Shown in pieces: positions 62,122-64,000 of a stretch of DNA of 64,000 bases. The position numbers were made by a program, and so were the translations under genes. Where the stretch lies: the NCBI GenBank assembly GCA_041191505.1, contig JBEEOT010000008.1, positions 10,348 through 74,347 on the forward strand, in the 5' to 3' direction. Each line of letters starts with the position of its first letter. The stretch's first letter is position 1. The notes under the pieces were generated by a model. That model had not been told where the DNA came from. It made no database searches and saw only the letters and a program-made list of their open reading frames with translations. Origin of the DNA: Bacteroidota bacterium. Its GTDB lineage: Bacteria; Bacteroidota; Bacteroidia; Flavobacteriales_D; Crocinitomicaceae.

Positions 62122-63547
62122 ATCCCTCCTTTATTGCTTTATTGCACTCTTCCTTCCTTTTTTGGGGAGCGCCCAACATCACGAACAACAGTATGTCCCG
62201 CCAACCGATCTTTTGGTGCAAGAAAAACTAGAAACTTGGCAAGACTACAAATTTGGTTTGCTCATGCACTGGGGCGCCTACAGCCAATGGGGCGTCGTAG
62301 AAAGTTGGAGCATTTGCCCCGAAGACGAAGATTGGTGCACGCGTCGTGGGCCCTACGCGGCAAATTATTTTGAATATGTCAAGGCATATCAAAACCTGCA
62401 AACTACCTTCAACCCTACTCAATTTGACCCCACGCGTTGGGCCAAAGCCGCCAAAAATGCGGGCATGAAATACATGGTGTTTACCACCAAGCACCACGAC
62501 GGTTTTTGCATGTTCGATTCCAAACTCACCAATTATACCGTTGCCAACCCCGCCTGCCCCAACAGCCAAAGCAACCACCCCGACCTCACCAAAAGTATTT
62601 TTGACGCATTTAGGGCCGAAGGCCTCTGGATTGGCGCCTATTTCTCCAAACCAGATTGGCACCACCCCGACTACTGGGACCCCAAATTCCCACCCTACGA
62701 CCGCAACCCCAACTACGACCTTCTGAAGAAACCTGAAAAATGGGAAAGCTTTGTCAATTTCACCCACAACCAGATCAACGAGCTCATGGCCAACTACGGA
62801 AAAATCGACATCCTGTGGCTCGATGGCGGATGGGTGCAACCCTACACCGCAACCTCGCCCAAATGGGGCTACAAACCTGTTGATCAAGATATTTTCATGA
62901 ACGAAATTGCCGCCCAAGCACGCTCGCTACAACCGGGTTTAATTGTCGTGGACCGAGCCGTAGAAGGCCCCAACCAAAACTACCTCACACCGGAGCAAAG
63001 CATCCCGGAAAAGCCCTTACCCTACCCTTGGGAAACCTGCATGACCATGGCCAACAGCTGGAGTTATGTTCCCGGCGACCAATACAAAAGCAGCGCCACA
63101 CTGCTCAAAAACCTTTGTCTAATCGTATCGCGCGGCGGCAATTTCTTACTCAATATTGCCCCCGACCCACAAGGGCGCTTTGACAGCATTGCATACACGC
63201 GCCTAGAAGAAATCGGCGCCTGGATGCAAATCAATGGGCAAGCCATCTACAACTCCAAACCAATTGCACCATACGAAATCAAAAATGGCGACGCCGGAAC
63301 ATGGGTGTTTACGCAAGTAGAAAAAGTCATTTACGCGATTTGGATTCCGGGCAAGCAAGCTACAGGTCAAGTGAGTCTAGATTTATCTTCATTGAATTTG
63401 AATACAATATCGTTATACTCGATTAGGGAAGCAAAGCCTTTGAATTCTTTAAATAAAGTTCAAATCAAAAAGGAGGAGTTAATTCTAAAAATTTCAGAAA
63501 ATCAATTAATTACTCCTCAAATTATTAGGTTAAAATTGAAATTTTAG
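62114..63547 (+). CDS. GH29 alpha-L-fucosidase (second copy)
   Basis: Signal peptide MTKSLLYCFIALFLPFLGSAQ. Motifs FGLLMHWGAYSQWG, YMVFTTKHHDGFCMFDS and LWLDGGW. Start trimmed to 62114, an 8-nt overlap with the upstream gene. Confidence 0.9.
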   Translation: MTKSLLYCFIALFLPFLGSAQHHEQQYVPPTDLLVQEKLETWQDYKFGLLMHWGAYSQWGVVESWSICPEDEDWCTRRGPYAANYFEYVKAYQNLQTTFNPTQFDPTRWAKAAKNAGMKYMVFTTKHHDGFCMFDSKLTNYTVANPACPNSQSNHPDLTKSIFDAFRAEGLWIGAYFSKPDWHHPDYWDPKFPPYDRNPNYDLLKKPEKWESFVNFTHNQINELMANYGKIDILWLDGGWVQPYTATSPKWGYKPVDQDIFMNEIAAQARSLQPGLIVVDRAVEGPNQNYLTPEQSIPEKPLPYPWETCMTMANSWSYVPGDQYKSSATLLKNLCLIVSRGGNFLLNIAPDPQGRFDSIAYTRLEEIGAWMQINGQAIYNSKPIAPYEIKNGDAGTWVFTQVEKVIYAIWIPGKQATGQVSLDLSSLNLNTISLYSIREAKPLNSLNKVQIKKEELILKISENQLITPQIIRLKLKF

Positions 63548-63574
63548 TAATTTTAAATAAACTAAAATTTATAT

Positions 63575-64000
63575 ATGACTAAAAATTATTTTAAAATTCT
63601 TGTCGCGATAGCGTTAGGAACTATGAGCTTTAATCAAACAACTTATGCTCAAGCGGTAGAAGAAGAAAACATCGTGATCGAAGCTTATTACGGTTTTCCA
63701 AACCTTTACACATCAGTTTTTAAAACTGCTTATGCCAATTCTGGTACTGAACTAGACCTCAATGTTGGTGGCACCGGCCCATTAGGTGTTAGATTTGAAT
63801 ACCTCGTCACTGACAAAATTGGTTTAGGTCTAGATGTTGGTCTATCAGGATCGTCCATTTCATACAATGAAATGACGACTGTTTTCAATACAACAACTGG
63901 CAACTACGACGATGTGATTTACAATTATGATTTCTCAACTCGTAAATTTGGAGCCTTATTTTGCTTGAATTACCATTTCCTTGACAATGATGAGTTTGAC
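63575..64000 (+). CDS. outer-membrane beta-barrel protein (5' part; runs off the window end)
   Basis: Not in the ORF track. ATG at 63575 gives MTKNYFKILVAIALGTMSFNQTTYAQAVEEENIVIEAYYGFPNLYTS...GLGLDVGLSGSS..., open to position 64000. Has a signal peptide and alternating beta-strand pattern. Confidence 0.55.
   Translation, partial: MTKNYFKILVAIALGTMSFNQTTYAQAVEEENIVIEAYYGFPNLYTSVFKTAYANSGTELDLNVGGTGPLGVRFEYLVTDKIGLGLDVGLSGSSISYNEMTTVFNTTTGNYDDVIYNYDFSTRKFGALFCLNYHFLDNDEFD

Noticed and set aside
63468-63480. AAAGGAGGAG Shine-Dalgarno-like string inside the end of the second GH29 gene.
   Set aside because: No in-frame or out-of-frame start codon with a plausible ORF follows at the proper distance. 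Bacteroidota generally do not rely on SD sequences. It is probably just Lys-Glu-Glu codons.
1-64000. Looked for tRNA/rRNA genes, riboswitch-sized leaders, transposases, integrases, phage genes, toxin-antitoxin pairs and defence systems (restriction-modification, CBASS/retron-like, Cas).
   Set aside because: Every intergenic region longer than 60 nt was read: 2740-2856, 9420-9537, 17819-17896, 25862-25928, 33971-34042, 34799-34901, 48504-48714 and 58457-58582. None is long or structured enough for an RNA gene. No ORF shows nuclease, recombinase or reverse-transcriptase motifs.

Overview
Compact, gene-dense chromosomal segment with about 48 CDS, many with 1-14 nt overlaps. It looks like a Bacteroidota (Flavobacteriia-like) genome. 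Supporting signs are several proteins with type IX secretion (T9SS) C-terminal sorting domains, a PorP/SprF gene, an S46 peptidase, lipobox lipoproteins, and repeated exact TAnnTTTG promoter boxes. I found no rRNA, tRNA, CRISPR array, transposase or integrase.

Layout:
- 0-12.4 kb: housekeeping genes (TonB-dependent receptor + DUF4249, pabB, tilS, RNA methyltransferase, Crp-like regulator, S46 dipeptidyl-peptidase, marC, aroB, proline dehydrogenase).
- 12.4-17.8 kb: a thiolase tightly strung to three uncharacterised envelope proteins.
- 17.8-27.5 kb: mixed housekeeping (glcD-like, hutH, hemB, fabG, rimO, tlyA).
- 27.5-34.8 kb: a maltose phosphorolysis operon (GH65, pgmB, MFS, GH13, BadF-type kinase) with a divergent Nudix-type regulator.
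- 34.9-51 kb: a T9SS-rich accessory region.
- 51-58.5 kb: an MFS transporter and a TetR-controlled TolC/MFP/RND efflux operon.
- 58.6-63.5 kb: a GH29/DUF4838/GH29 fucoside locus.

The most unusual object is the 544-aa protein at 35390..37024. It overlaps the stop of an ECF sigma gene by 4 nt. It combines an anti-sigma-like N-terminus, one TM helix, a Ser/Thr-rich linker, and a C-terminal half that aligns by eye with the PorP/SprF beta-barrel encoded right after it. This could be a trans-envelope link between T9SS outer-membrane machinery and an ECF sigma factor.

A second window-wide pattern is the exact TAnnTTTG box sitting 4-9 nt before start codons of at least seven genes, which implies leaderless or near-leaderless mRNAs.

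All functional calls rest on motif and family recognition by eye. No database search was possible.
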